Positions 26,981 to 41,329 of a DNA stretch of 64,000 nt are shown piece after piece; within the stretch, counting starts at the first letter, position 1; each line of letters opens with the position of its first letter. The DNA is taken from assembly GCF_009914755.1 (NCBI RefSeq), contig NC_060926.1; one strand, given 5' to 3'. Made by a program: the position numbers and the translations under genes. A model generated the notes under the pieces. The model was not told where the DNA came from and made no database searches. It was given only the letters and a program-made list of their open reading frames with translations. This stretch comes from the human T2T-CHM13v2.0 reference genome, Homo sapiens.

Positions 26981-29334
26981 GAATTTAGATTCTATATTTT
27001 GCTGCTAGAACAATTGAGAACTAAATTCTCAGTTAATACCACTAAGATTTCACTCCAAAGTCTTCTTTCCAATTGTATATCTTCAGTGTTTTACCTGCTA
27101 TATGGATTATAAAAGAACTTCTAAAAATCTGACTTTAAATCAGGATACTTCTAGTTTGCAACATTACATATATTTTCAAGCATATTACAAATCAGCACAT
27201 ACAACACCCAATGGCTCCTTTACAATCTACCTAAAAATTTAAATCAAAATTTAAAACTCAGACATGTAAAAAGTGTGTTAAAATACTTCATACTTATCAC
27301 TGCTCAATATACTTGTACAACTGAGACTAAACAAGTTTGTTATAGATATTTCCTCTTATATTGATCCATCAATAGCATCAACTATAGTTGAAGAGCCCTA
27401 AAATCTGCTTTGGATGACAATCAATTAGAAATGTTTCAAAATCATGATGATGTTACAACATTGTGGTTTACCTTGAAAGATAAAAGAAATTAGATACAGA
27501 AGGAAACTGAGGGAGTCAAATGTTTCAAAGATGGTTTCAAAATCTCCTCAGGTAAGGAGTGCTGGGCAAGGCCACTTAAGGGATGATAGGGAGGGTAAAG
27601 GCTGGATATGTGTGGGAAGGGTTTTGAACAAAGACAGCAGAAAATTCATTAGACAGTTAAGGAGATGAGTGACAGTCACTCTAGAGCCATGCCAAGAGCT
27701 TTGCAGTGGGCCAACTCAGAATTATTGTATTACTCACACACATACAACCTTCAGAGGTCTTTCCTTCCAACCACTTTATCTATTTCACAAACAAACAACA
27801 AACATTAAGGAAAAGAAATTAGTTACATCTGGACATCAAGACTAAGAGTCAGAGTTCTGAGAATTCATTTACGAGCTTCACAACTTGGTAGAACATTGAA
27901 AATACATACCTGTTTCACTTTAACAGAAAATTCAGACAAATGTGGACTTTCACACCTTATTTCTGAATATAGAAAGGAAATCTACTAAATGATAAATGAG
28001 AATATGGGGGAAAAAATACCCAACTCCCCAAAAAGATCTCTGATGTATTATCGCTGATGCGGGGCTTTAAGGATCAGATATATTATCTTTTAAAAGTCCA
28101 TCTAGAAAAGTTTCTTTGCTTGCAAAATTAATGTTTGGATGATAAAAAGTAAATCAACCAACTAAATTTAGTCCTTTTGACAGAAAAGAAATGAAAGCAC
28201 AGACCCTCATCTTTGGCATTTGTGAAAATGAAGAGATTGCAATCTTAAATTTATAATGTAGAATCTGTAAAGGTTCTACCTATTCTCAGGCTTTGTGGAT
28301 TGACTATATACAGCAATTATTTTCAAGAACAGCAGCAGGAAGTAAAAAGAGGAGATGGGAAGCAAGGTTCTGCATTTTAAGCAGCTTTTTTAAACAGGAG
28401 AAAATCTTACACAAACTGTGAGCATAAAGAGACTCAATGAAGGAAATAGACAACATGATGGAAAACCAGGGAGAATTTTAAATGTCACTGCAAATGACAG
28501 CAGCCACAAGGGGCCCAAGAGCACCAGTGGGGTAAACAGGAGCTCCCCCCACCCGTCCACCCTTCTCTACTCACATTCATTAATGGTGATCCTCCCTGAA
28601 GCTGTAGGCAGATGCTGCTGCCTGGTTGCTTCCCCAGGGAGCAATCCCAGATGAAAACTCTAGTCCTTCCAGTAAAACTGACTTAACAATCTTAATTCCA
28701 GAGAAAATGCTTTTCGACATTCATGTGCCAAAATGCCCAAGTAAAAGAGGCTGATGGTATGATGAACACACAAGCTTTCATAAGCAATAGTCAGAATGGA
28801 GAGATAGGATTCTGGGTGGGTGGGGGTGTTCATAATGACTAAAAAGTCATTACGTAGGAGGGACAATATTCTTGGGTGTTTGGGTGTTATCTACACTGAT
28901 CTTGGTGCTTTAAATAAGTAAATCTGGACAACCTCTGTCACACCACAGGGACCTCTCCAAAGCCTGAATGATCTCCTGCATTCCTGTTCTACCCTCCCAT
29001 CTCCATATAACCTTTAAATGGCCTGATTCCCAGATGCTCCTTTGCTCTATCCCTGGCCCTCTGATCCCTCAGCTATATGCCTCACATATTGCCCAGCACT
29101 GCCTCATTGTCACGATCCAATTGTACTCAATTTTCTAGTTTATTGACTCAGCTGATCCCATTCAAATACCATTTTTTATACCCTCTCGGTTTCGATGTCC
29201 CTTAAGCTCCAGATAAAGAATAGTCTCACTGGATCAACTTGGACCAGGATGTTTCCCCAGCTTTCCAGTGAGGGCAAGGGGAACAGACAGGAGCACCCAT
29301 CTGCTAAGTAGTGAATGCTTTATATTTATCTAAA

Positions 29335-29575
29335 TATTGTTGCAGTCATTTACAGAATCCCTGGAACATGCCCCTGATTCCTTGAGGAATTTAACATTTT
29401 CTTCACTGTAATTCTAACACCACTCCTTTCATAATTTTTGGTGACTTCAGTATTGACTAGATAACTATGCAATAATACTCTGGTTCCACCATCCTTGAAT
29501 TTCTCTGCCCCAATGGCCTTGTCCTTGACCTAAACTGTAGCACCTACTCTCATGATCAAATCTTGGCATTACCTT
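29335..29575 (+). mobile_element. L2 fragment (endonuclease region)
   Basis: 'tttggtgacttcagtatt' (GDF motif) in L2-like context. Confidence 0.5.
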
Positions 29576-30050
29576 CAGATTCAAAGGAAGTAAATGCATG
29601 TATTAACTTGTAATTAAAAGTAAATTTTAAAAAAATAATATTAGCAATCATGATAAGGTTGGTAAGTCCTGGTTAGTGTGTAAGGTTTGACTGGGGCCTA
29701 GATGATGGAAAGGACTCAATTAATAACTGATGAGTGAATAAATAAATGGATCTTTCATGAAAGGCTAAGACATAATGAGTTTCTCCCCAGTGATAACCAT
29801 TAGGGAGCAAAGCTGTTCCCTCTTACATTTCTACTTCTACAGTATCTTCAGATGTCTTGATTAAGGTCATTTTTTTCATTTTTCTTTTAGCTGTTTTTGT
29901 AGCATGGCAGATTCAAAAAACAATCTTTTGGGACCCCTAGGTCTTCTAAATATCATTCATAATGCATTTCTCTCTTTTGGCTCAACATTCACACTGTCCA
30001 TTTTTCCCTGTTTTGTTGCACATCTGAAGCCCACATTCACATTATGGCAT

Positions 30051-30409
30051 TGTCTTAGTCTGTTCAGATTGCTGTAATAGAACACTATAGATTGGGTGGG
30101 TTGTAAACAACAGAAACTTATTTCTTACAAATCTGAGGGCTGGACAATCCAATACCAAAGTGCTAGCAGAGTCAGCGTCTGATGAGGGCCCACTTCCTGG
30201 TTTATAGTCTGCTGTCTTTTCTGGGTCCTCACATGGTGGAAAGGAGAAAGGAGCTCTCTGAGACCTCTTCTATAACAGCACAAATGCTATTCATGAGGAC
30301 TCTAATGAACTAATCACCTCTCAGAGGCCCCACCTCCAAATACCATCACAGTGGGGATTAGGTTTCAACATATGAATTTTGGGAAGACACAAACATTCAA
30401 TCTGTAGCA
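30051..30409 (-). mobile_element. MLT1A-family MaLR solo LTR
   Basis: 'tgtcttagtctgttc...aaacaacagaaacttatttct...ggccccacctccaaataccatcac...tttcaacatatgaattttggg...gtagca'. Confidence 0.88.
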
Positions 30410-30790
30410 GGCTATTTGTGCTTCAGTCAGATTCACATAATAACACATCCATAGACAATATCAAAAATCATCCCAATCATGCTATTCAACAATGAAAATC
30501 CAACATATCCAAGTAGATAAGGAGGCAGTGAGGGGATACTGTGATGCAGAGGTTGCTTGAGTATTAGAGCATTTCCATCTATGTCTACAAGTATAATGAC
30601 TTCAAGTCCATTTAAATATACATAAACTGCAAAATCTAGGTCAATCTTCTGATAACCAGATCTTGTATGACAAACTGACAGTATTTCAGATTGCTAGGGT
30701 GCTGGATGGATTGAAAAGGGACCATTGATAATGTTAATTAGGACTGTAGAGAAGTCTAACTAGTATAGAATAAAATGCACATAATCTACC

Positions 30791-31148
30791 TGATATGGCT
30801 AGGCTCTGTGTCCCCACCCAAATCTCACCTTGAATTGTAATCCCCAGAATCTCTACATATCAAGGGCAGGACCAGGTGGAAGTAATTGAATCATGGGGAC
30901 AATTTACCCCATGCTGTTCTCCTAATAATGAGTGAGTCTCATGAGATCTGATGGTTTTTTAAGTGTCTGGCATTTCCCCTGCTTGCACCCATTCTCTGAC
31001 ACCCTGTGAAGAGTTGCCTTCCAGCATGATTATAAGTTTCCTGAGGCCTCTCCAGCCATGCAGAACTGTAAGTCAATTAAACTTCTTTCCTTTATAAATT
31101 GCCCAGTCTCAGGTATTTCTTTATAGCAGCTTGAGAACGGACTAAACA
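30791..31148 (+). mobile_element. THE1D-like MaLR solo LTR
   Basis: 'tgatatgg...gtgtccccacccaaatctc...gtctggcatttcccctgcttgca'; TSD ctacc/caacc. Confidence 0.92.
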
Positions 31149-32604
31149 CAACCTAAACTGTGTGGATCTTTTTCCAAAACATCCCACACCATCTATTATT
31201 CAATTATGAGTAATAGTGGTAAATGAGTAAACATTAAATCTTAGGCATTGTTCTATAGTAACTTGTCTCTGTTACCAGGCAAGCACTTCAAGCTATTTTG
31301 TTACTCTATGATGATAAAACAAATAATATGGTAATTGATACTATTCTTTATCTATCTTACTTCTCCTGAGAAGTATAATAGAAATAATATTCTTCGTACT
31401 AAAGGTATTTATTCAAACACTGCTGTTATGAAGTTAACGCCATTTTTCTTGACAAAATCCTTGATTTGGAAGGTGAAAAGTGACACAAATATTTAGTGTG
31501 ATTATTTATACACAATTCCAATCATCCTAAAACATATTTCTGTGAAAACCAGCAGCAAGAAGCGTCACATTGGTAGCTTCAAGATGACAATATTCAACAC
31601 TCATTGTTTTACTACATCTAATGTTAGACATGAATCATTTGAAAGCCTGATTAAAACTATAAATAGAAAGCAGCTACTTAGTATTTTAATCAAAATAACC
31701 TCTTAAATGTTACCTTATAGCCTCTGAAATAAAAAGGCAACTAATAAGAAAAAAAGCAATCTTGTGAGGATGACTTATTAAAACCAAAACAAACCACTTG
31801 GCCTCAATTCTGCCCAAAAACTGTTAACCCCTTAAACAGTGCTTCTGCTAATGTGTTTCCATTACAATTGTAAATTCAAGAATACTGAAGTGTCGTCACC
31901 CTCTCTCTCCCTCAGACTGTGAGAACATTTACAAGTTTTTGTCAATTTGTTGTTGCACCAAACGTCATACAGTCAATACATTTTTCTCCTAAATGTATAT
32001 GCTCAAAAATATTCATGATATAGTCCCAAGCACTCCATTAGCCTATGGGGCTAGATAACGGGGGTGGTGATGTGCTATTTACAGACCACAGGTCACTATG
32101 ACAGAAAACTTCCTTAAAGTAACCAGAGATATATCTTCATTTCCTTTAATGTTAAAAATACAAGGATGCAGAATAATTCTTCACCATGCCTTTTTTGATT
32201 TGATAAGTAGCAACAGAATTAGAGGAATGATATTGACCAAAGGCCAAATGTAAGAAACTTAAAGGATTCAAGTGAACCAGTTACCTAGGGATAGATGGAC
32301 ATCAACACCTTTCATCATAAGCCCAAATCCAATCATACTGTTACCTTCATCCACAGTGTAGTACTGATGGTTTATATTTCAAAATATCTGCTTTCTGATC
32401 TTTATAATATTTAGGACGAACCACAAACCACTCTGCATCCTCTAACAGGAAGTTCACACTCTCTTGTTCTACATTTGGTTTGTGTGATTCCCACCTTCTG
32501 AAATATCCTGTACCTACACCCTTATAATAAAATCTTAACTTCCTTAAAGTTTGGTTTAATTCTTCCTTCTTTTGTGACCGAGAAACCATAAAATGTAGAA
32601 CAAT

Positions 32605-32760
32605 AAGGTAATTCTAGAACCATCCGTGACCCAACTCCTATTTTAACAGATAAGGACTCGGGAGTTTCAGAAAGATTACATGATTTAAGCCTGAGTGGCA
32701 GGAGTAGTCTGGATCCCAGGTTCACATCTTCCTAACTCCCAGTCCTTAGCACCCTAAGAT
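32605..32760 (-). mobile_element. MIR fragment
   Basis: 'ctattttaacagataaggac...agtggcag...cccagg...tcctaactcccagtcc'. Confidence 0.55.
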
Positions 32761-33492
32761 TTCTCCAGCTTTTTTTCTCTGATATCCTTCAGTCTTGAAT
32801 GTCCACTGCACTTACTTGGTCATCACTAGGTACTGCCAGTGGCCTCTCATCCTGTGGTCATGTGTATGTGCCCAGTATCTCCACCTGGACCCTAAGGTTT
32901 TCCCCAGAGCATCCAGCACATCTAGCAGCCCTCATTAAACACTTTTCCTACCTTCCCACAATAGTTAAAACAATCAACGTCCTTACTCTTGCACCAATTT
33001 GATAAAAGCCATGAATTCAACGGAAATTATATCAGCAACCTGCAAGATGAAACTTATTTTATTTTCTCTTGGTCTTAAAGCTCTAAAATATAGAAAATTT
33101 TTTTAAAAGTTGTATAGAAAGTCCCTGTGAATGATCCATCTTTTGTGCCAAAAATTTAAAAAATTTTTATTATCATTCTTTCTTCAAGTTGTCCAGCCCC
33201 ATTATAAGTGACCACAACTCCCCAAAACAGGCAACCTTAAAACATTCATGCTATTCACACACTTCAAAGGCAGCAAACAGTAAGCATTCCCAAGACATGT
33301 CTTCAGTGGACACTGCATTCTAGGTGGCCTAAGTATATTTTGAAATGTACTGGGAGATTATTTGAGAACACCTAACTATAGATAGACCTATATACAGGTA
33401 AGCATGTACCTAAAAATATGAATATAAATGTAAATATAAACTATACATGTATACTCATTTATGTACCCAAACTGCCTGTCTTTGTTCCAGAG

Positions 33493-33683
33493 TAGGTGTC
33501 AGTACATTTATCTGTAAAAGAAGAGACAGTAAATGTTTTAGGTTTTCTGGGCCACATGGTCTCTGTCACAACTACATAAAAGTATCCATAGCCCATATGT
33601 AAATGAATACATATGGCTGTGGTCCAATAAAACTTTATTTAAAAAAAGCAGATTTGGCCCCGGCTATAATTTGTTCACCCTTG
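33493..33683 (-). mobile_element. MER58A-like hAT-Charlie MITE
   Basis: 'ctgtaaaag..agacagtaaatgttttagg...ggtctctgtcacaactac...atggctgtggtccaataaaactttattt...gatttggccc'. Confidence 0.85.
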
Positions 33684-33689
33684 TTCTTG

Positions 33690-33935
33690 ACTAGCGTTTT
33701 TTAAAATGCAGATTGTTCCACATTGTCTGCTACAAAATAAGTTTTGTGAAATACAAAAAGCATTTTCGAAAGCAAAATAGAATAAAACCAGAAAATTATA
33801 CTATATAGCACATTGCTGCAGTATTATTAAACTTTCTAGCTTTTCTATATGCATAGGTTTGTCTACTGGGTCTTGATGTAAAACAAATTTATTCCTATGA
33901 GTCATGGTAGTCAAAAAAGTTTGAAAGTCACTATT
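33690..33935. mobile_element. Probable hAT-Charlie-type DNA transposon relic (family uncertain)
   Basis: Terminal-like 'aaaaagtttgaaagtcact' and 'gggtcttgatgtaaaac'. Confidence 0.35.
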
Positions 33936-36640
33936 CTAGTCACAGTATAGTACCTGTTCATGGAAAATAAACCCTTGGCTCAGCCAATAATTTAAAGCAA
34001 GAAATTTAACACTTGCAAAAATGATCCTCTTTACACTGTTTTGTGCATGGAACAAAGATCCTATGTAGCTTCCAGGACAGTAAACACCCAAAGCCAGGGA
34101 ACCCAATCAAAGGGAACAAAAAAATTTGGAGTCAGGTTGTTAAACTGAGTGATGTGAAGAACAAAGTGACATGCCATGTGGCACAGAAAATATGGGCTGT
34201 TCATTAAGCATTTATCATGATTTCCTAGGAAGTTCCCAGACTTCTAGTGTGCTGATGTTGCAGAATCTGGCAACTCTGACCCTTCAGTTTCTCTGGCTCA
34301 GATAGCAGGAAGAAGACTTCTGGGTGCTCAGGTGTATTTTCCTCTACCTCCTAAATGCATGTCTCTGCCATTGTCAGCTGTCTATCTCTGCAGGCCCAGG
34401 AGATCTTGTCTCCAATTGAAGTAACAGGTGCCACCCTCGCTGCCACAGCAACCACCTGTTCCTAGAGTAATATCCCACATGCAGAGGGTTTGAGCAAAAA
34501 GTAGAACAATTAAGATCTTGTGTGGCAGGTGGCCATTGCCACCTGCTCTTGTCTCCACTGTTCCCGCCAGTCAAAGCCACCTCAAGAAGCTTTTCAACAG
34601 AGTATTTCCCTACCCTTGTGCCAGATACTTGAAACTCTCACAGATTCATTCCTCTCCATTCCCACCTCCCATCCTACCACACACCTGAAGTTTCAGGAAT
34701 CCCTGGGTCCCAAGTGTCAGGCAGATTTATCCTCCCTATACACTAAGTAGAGGCTATTTCCTTGTGAACTAACTTTCTCCATCTCCCAAACACATCTAAT
34801 CTTTCCCTTTTTCTAACAACTGAGTTTCTGCCCTTTATTTTCGTGAGCTAGGATAAAGTATTCGCTGTATCATTATTGTCAAAAAGCTTCTTGATCTTAG
34901 GCTCTTGCTGAAAATTCCTTTTAAGGTAAGAATCTTCATCATAAGGGCTGTTAAGGAGCTTTCCCTTTTCTCCAGGAAGCTTTGCAGGGCGCATATTGTT
35001 GGCTTTGCTTCCTCCTCTAGCAATGACCACCTGGTGTTGCAACACTGCTGTCTCTCCAGTGTAATTTGAATCCTCTGTCCTGCATCTTCACATTTTGCTT
35101 CTTTCTGTGAATTCTCAGGCATTTTCTGAAGCTCTATTTATCCTGTACCTCTTTGTCAAAAAAACTGTTTGGCATTCAAGCTGAAAATTTTATTATTGTA
35201 TGGAGACTCACTAAGACATTTCCAGAGTCACATTCAAACCCAAAATCAGCCAGCTCCAAATCAGGTCCATTACGCTAATACTGAAGACAAATGGATATAG
35301 GAGTAACCACCACTATTAATTTCAAGCAGTATTTATTATACAACTAACTTGCTTAAAGAGGGCACAAACAACCACCACGAATACTATTCTCTTGAAAATC
35401 ACAACCAAAGACAGATAAACCATAAAATGCATTCAGGAAATATTAAAAAATGCTTAAGGCAAAATATACAAATATAATAGTTGAATAAATTCATACTAGA
35501 CAGATGAACGTTTTATTCTTATTGTTACCCTTATGCCCTGAGTTCCTACAATTATCCAAGAAAAGCCAGAAGACAAAGTTTCTTTAATTAATAAGCAGCA
35601 AATATCAAACTTTTCTTCAGAAATTATCATGAACCAGAAGTTAAGATCTCTCCAACTCATTTCTATCTGATATAAAATATAGAGACAAGTTAGAATAATT
35701 TAGGGTTTCTATAGAGTGTTATTTCATTTGTCCTGAAACCACGCAAATAGCCTAGTGGTACAAATGGGCAGAAGCAAATAGTCTTGGAAATGTCCCACAG
35801 GGTACAAAACGGGCTTCCCCACGGAGATAAACGGGCAATAGATCAAGATGCAAAGCTTTGCTAAAACTGCTTATAGATTACTATCTGCTTCTTGTTCCTC
35901 ACATCTTGTTTAGTGTCTAGACTATGCTAACTCCTGACAATGGCTGGCCTTAACCTCCAATTGAGGGACAACAGTAGTTGTTGTTATTTTTAGCTGCTTG
36001 ATCATTAGTCCATAGACAGACTCAAAAATGATGACAAGAGACCACACTGGTGTCTGTGATAAAACGCTGCTCTTTAGGATTTGTTTTATGAATAGAGATT
36101 TTAACTGCTGTCTCAGGGTAACTTTTAGTCAAAATGCTAAAGTTTTCCTACAACTTGGCTGATTCTGAATGATAACATAAGCATGGCCTATATTTAAGCA
36201 GATTTGGGAGAAAGAAGAAGAGCATATTTAGAGCAAAATCTCCAGCTTCTCTACTTGTAAAGGCAACCTTCTACTTACCTACATTTACAATCTCTGAAAG
36301 CACATTATTAATGCTGCCTTTCCGTGGTGATCAGTCAGCCACATCGGTCATAACCCAGGCTGCCCTGCCAACCACCATCTGAATCAGACAGTCTAGTTGC
36401 AGTAGTAAATCATGGCTTCTGACATGTTTGCCACAGAAGTATATTCTTTGCAATTAATTTTCCCTTAATTTCTGACCAGCATTCATGACAGAACATGACA
36501 TATATTAATGACTCTACTCACCCACAACTTTATGAATAACAGGAAGAAGTTAAAATATAGAATTTTTTTATCTCTATAAACTGAGGGCAATTATCATTTG
36601 AAAAGGAACAAAAATACAGTGTTTGAATGGGTAGGTAGTA

Positions 36641-39065
36641 CAGGCACACCTCATTTTATTGCACTTTGCTTTATTGTGCTTTATGTATATTGTGTTTCTG
36701 CAAATTGAAGGTTGGTGGCAACCCTGTGTGAAGGAAGTTTATCAGTTTCCTTTTTCCCAAACACATTTGCTCACTTCCTGTCTGTTACCTTTTGATAATT
36801 CTTGCAATATTTCAAACTTTCTCATTATTATTGTATCAATTACAGTTGTCTGTGATCTGTGATCTTTGATGTTACTATTGTAATTGTTTTGGGATGCCAC
36901 AAACCACACCCACATATGATGGCAAATATAATTAATGAGCATTGTGTGTGTTCTAACTGCTATGCCAACTGGGCATTCCTCCACCTCTCTCCCTCTCCTC
37001 AGGTCTCTATATTCCCTAAAACAAAATATTAAAATTGGGTCAATTAGTAATCCTACAATGGCCTCTAAAGTGTTTAAGTAAAAAGAAGAGTTGCATATCT
37101 CTCACTTTAAATCACCCGCTTTAAATCAAAAGCTTAAAAATGATTAAGCTTAGTGAGGAAGCCATGTTGAAAGCTGAGATAGGACAAACGTTAGGCCTCT
37201 CATGCCAACAGGTTGGCCAAGTTGTGAATACCAAGGAAAAGTTCTTGAAGGAAATTGAACATGATACTCCAGTGAATACACAAATGATAAGAATGAAACA
37301 GGCTTCTTGTTCTTATTGCTAATACAGAGAAAGTTTTAGTAGTCTGAATAGAAGCTCAAACCAGCCACAACATTCCCTTAAGTCAAAGTCTAACCTAGAG
37401 CAGGACCCTAACTGTCTTCAATTCTATGAAGGCTGAGAGAGGTGAGGAAACTTCAGAAGGAAAGTCTGAAGCCAGCAGAGGTTTGTTCATGAGGCTTAAG
37501 CAAAGAAGCCTTCTCCATAACATAAAAATGCAAAGTGAAACAGCAAGTGCTGATGTAGAAGCTACAACAAATTATCCAGAAGATATAGGTAATTGATGAA
37601 GATGGCTACACTAAACAACAGATTGTCAATATTGACCCCCAACAAAGAAAAGCCTTATATTGGAAGGAAAATGCCATCTAGGACTTTCGTAGCTTGAGAG
37701 GAGAAGTTAATGCTTGGCTTCAAAGCTTCAAAGGACAGGCTGACTCTCTTGTTAGGGGCTAATGCACCTGATGAACTTTACATTGAAGTCAGTGCTCACT
37801 GACCATTCCGAAAATCCTAGGGCCCTAATGAACCATGCTAAATCTACTCTGACTGTGCTCTATAAATGCAAGAGCAAAGTCTGAATGACAGCACATCTGC
37901 TTAGAGCACAGTTTGTTGAATATTTTAAGTCCACTATTGCGACCTACTTCTCACACAAAAGATTTCTTTCAAAATGTTACTGCACATTGACAATGCTCCC
38001 ATGAATACTTACCCAAAAGCTCTGGTGGAGATTAATGTTGTTTTCATGCCTGCTAACATGACATCCATTCTGCAGCCCGTGGATCAAGGAATAATTTTGA
38101 CTTTCAAGTTTTATTATTTAAGAAATACATTTCATAGAGCTATAGTTGCTATACGTAGTGACTCCTCTGATGAATCTGGGCAAAGTAAATTAAAAACCTT
38201 CTGAAAGGATTCACCATTCCAGATGCCATTAAGAACATTCGTGATTTATGGGAGGAGGTCAAAACAGCAACATTAACAAGAGTTTGGAAGAAACTGATTC
38301 CAATCCTCATGGATGACTTTGATGGGTTAAAGACTTCAGTGGAGGAAGTAACTGAGTATGTAACAGCAAGAGAACTAGAATTAGAAATAGAGCCTGGTGT
38401 TGTGACTGAATTGCTGTAATATTATTATAAAACTTTAACAAATGACAAATTGCTACTTATGGATTAGTAAAGAAACTAGTTTCTTGAGATGGAATCCGCT
38501 CCTGGTGAAGATGCTGAGAACATTGCTGAAATGACAACAAAAAATTTAGAATATTACATAAACTCAGTTGGCAAAGCAGCAGCAGAGTTTGAAAGGATTG
38601 ACTTGAATTTTGCAAGAAGTTCTACTCTGGGTAAAATGCTATCAAAAAGCATCACATGCTACAGAGAAATCATTCATAAAAGGGAAAGTCAACTGATGCA
38701 GCCAACTTTATTGTCTTATTTTAAGAAATTGCCACAGATATTCCAACCTTCAGCAACTAACACTTTGATCAGTCGGCAGCCATCAACATCAAGGCAAGGC
38801 CTTCCAGTAGCAAAAAGATGAGGACTCATTGAAGGCCCAGATGATCACTAGCTTTTTTTTAGCAATAAAGTATTTTTAATGAAAGTACATACATTGTGTT
38901 TTTATACATAATGTTATTGAACACCTAATAAATTACAATATGGTGTAAACATAACTTTTAGATGCAATAGAAAATAAAAAAAATTCATGTAACTCCCTTC
39001 AATGCAATATACACTTTACTCTGGTGGTCTAGAACTGAACCTGCAATATCTCCAAGGTATGCCTG
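36641..39065 (+). mobile_element. Full-length Tigger1 (pogo/TcMar DNA transposon)
   Basis: Termini CAGGCACACCTC... and ...AGGTATGCCTG, TA dinucleotides at 36639-40 and 39066-67, length 2425 bp, transposase fragments inside. Confidence 0.97.
37058..38850 (+). pseudogene. Tigger1 transposase, broken by stops and frameshifts
   Basis: [15 protein letters not shown]...[12 protein letters not shown] (HTH region); LLHIDNAP...[32 protein letters not shown] (DDE region). Confidence 0.93.
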
Positions 39066-39174
39066 TAAATGTAGAGAATAAGAGAGATAATAGGTAGTCA
39101 ACAAATAAATAAGGTACCAAGGATATCAAGAGATACACGATATATTTTTGAGAAATTTAAAATTATTTAAATAC

Positions 39175-39508
39175 ATTGAAAAAGACAATTTAAAAAATAA
39201 ATAGAGGCATCATTTTTAAGTGGAGAAAGACTCCATGTCACTAAAGTATCAATTCTCCCTAAATTGTCAAAGCAATAGAATCAATGTAATTCCAAACAAA
39301 ATATCAATTCATTTTAAATTTGATGAACTAGTTTTATATTGTATTTGAAAGAATAAAAGACCAGGAATACACAAAATATTACCTAAGAAAATCAAAGTAG
39401 AAAGATATACCCACACAAATCAAGATCTGCTATAAAACATTATTAATTAGGGTAGTGGAGTCTTGATATAGTGATAAATAGGTCAAAAAAGAAAATAGAG
39501 AGTTTCCA
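39175..39508 (+). mobile_element. Ancient L1 (L1M) ORF2 fragment
   Basis: 'gaaagactc..tgtc..aaagtatcaattctccctaaattg...tcaatgtaattccaa...aagatctgctataaaac'. Confidence 0.7.
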
Positions 39509-39559
39509 TGTTTTTAATTTACAGCAGTGGTGTCATGGTGTATGTAACATTTGATAATT

Positions 39560-41297
39560 TTCATTTTTATTAAACATTATGATTTGGAGACTTATCCATG
39601 TTAACTCATAGTTAATTCATTTAAATCTATATAATATGCCATCACATAAACAGAACTTAACTTTTCCAGTCATCTTATGATGTTTCTTTAGGTGGTTCTC
39701 AGTTTTCCACTTACACAATAGCATGATGAATCTCCTTATTCTTTCTGCCCCTACATGAAGGCATGTCTAAGATAATACTGTTTGTAGATAGACAAATTCA
39801 TCTTCGAAAGTTATACAGTACCAAGTCATTTTACGAAGGAATTGCACTCCCATCAGAGGTCATCTTAACCTACACCTTCACCAATTTTGTATTTTCAAGA
39901 TTTTTCATTTTTGCCTATTTCACAGAATGAACTGATATTTTATTTTTGCTTTAATCTTATTTGCCTGGTTACAACTGCAATTGTGTCTATCTATCGATTA
40001 TTCAGAATTCCTCTTTAGTGAATTACTTTGTTAGTACATTGTGCCCCATTTTTTCTATCTTCCGTGAATGTATATCCTTCTTGTCTCCCTGTTTTTTATT
40101 ATAAAATATTCAGACTGTTTAAATAATAAAGCCAATATATGCATCATGTATCTACTACTCACCTTTAATACATGTTCTCTGTTGGCAAATTTGTTTCACA
40201 TATTTTGACTAAAAACACTCCAAGTAAACTTCATATTCATGCATGCTTTCCTCATTCCATTTTAGTAGTGGATTACATGCTTTTAAACTTTATAAAAATG
40301 TCATCATGCTCTTGATATCACTTTGCAAAATTCTTTTTTTAACTCAACATTATGTTTAGCAACACTTCATGCTGATATATATATAATGCAAGATCATTTT
40401 TATTTTTATAGTACTCTACTATATGAGTATATAATTTGCTTATTAATTTTCCCCTAACATTCATATTCTTTTCATTTTCATCATTAAGCAATTAAGCATT
40501 GAACATTCTTCCTCATTTCTTTGTGAAAGTATACACCTAGCCTAAGCAAACTTCGGATTTACTAGATTGCCAAATTGTTCTCAAAGAAGTTTTAATTTCC
40601 ATTAACATCCCCAATTGTGATACATCAAGTCTTCATGAATATACATGTATGTCAATATAGCAACTACCATAAATTTTACTTCTGCAATAATATTAACATA
40701 AAATTGCACTTTCTTGTTTTGACTGCATTTCCTGATTACTACTTAAGTTGAACATTATTGACCTATGGAGGCCATTTAGGGTTCCTCTTCTGAGAATTGC
40801 CTGTTCATATCTTTCACATATTTGTCCATTGAATTATTCAACTTTTTATGTTCTCAAGCTACTAAATCTTTCACAGTTATATGTTCTCCAAACATCTTCT
40901 TTCATACTGACTTCTATTTTAATCCTTCCCATGTAAATAGATAGATGCTATACAGAAGTTTTAATTTTTAATCTGTGAAAATTCGTAATTTATGTCTTGT
41001 GCTTTTTATGAATTGTTTAAAATTTTCTCTCTACTCTGAGACGGTACAATATTTTCTCTGTACCTGTTTTTTAGTTTGATATGTTTCTGTTTGGTATTTT
41101 GCAATTCCATCTGGAATAGGTTTTTGTGTATGATGTGAGATAGGGATCTAATTTATCTTAATTTTTCTATTTAGACAGCCAATTGTGCCAGCTCTACTTA
41201 CTAAATAATCATCCCCACTGTTTTTTATTATGCTCACCATATATCAAGTTTTTATATATGTGGGTGTGTATTTCTGAGCTTTCTGTTCTATTCTGAT
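39560..41297 (-). mobile_element. Ancient L1 (L1ME-like) 3' fragments, at least two pieces
   Basis: 'tttggagacttatccatgtt', 'agattgccaaattgttctc', 'tttttgtgtatgatgtgagatagggatctaattt...ccaattgtgccagc...tttctgagctttctgttctattc'. Confidence 0.65.
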
Positions 41298-41329
41298 GCA
41301 GAGAGAGGAAACTCCATACATCATAACCC

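Noticed and set aside
34835-35122. 95-aa ATG ORF with protein-like composition
   Set aside because: No family recognised and no poly(A) or TSD to suggest a processed pseudogene; a tBLASTn search would settle it.
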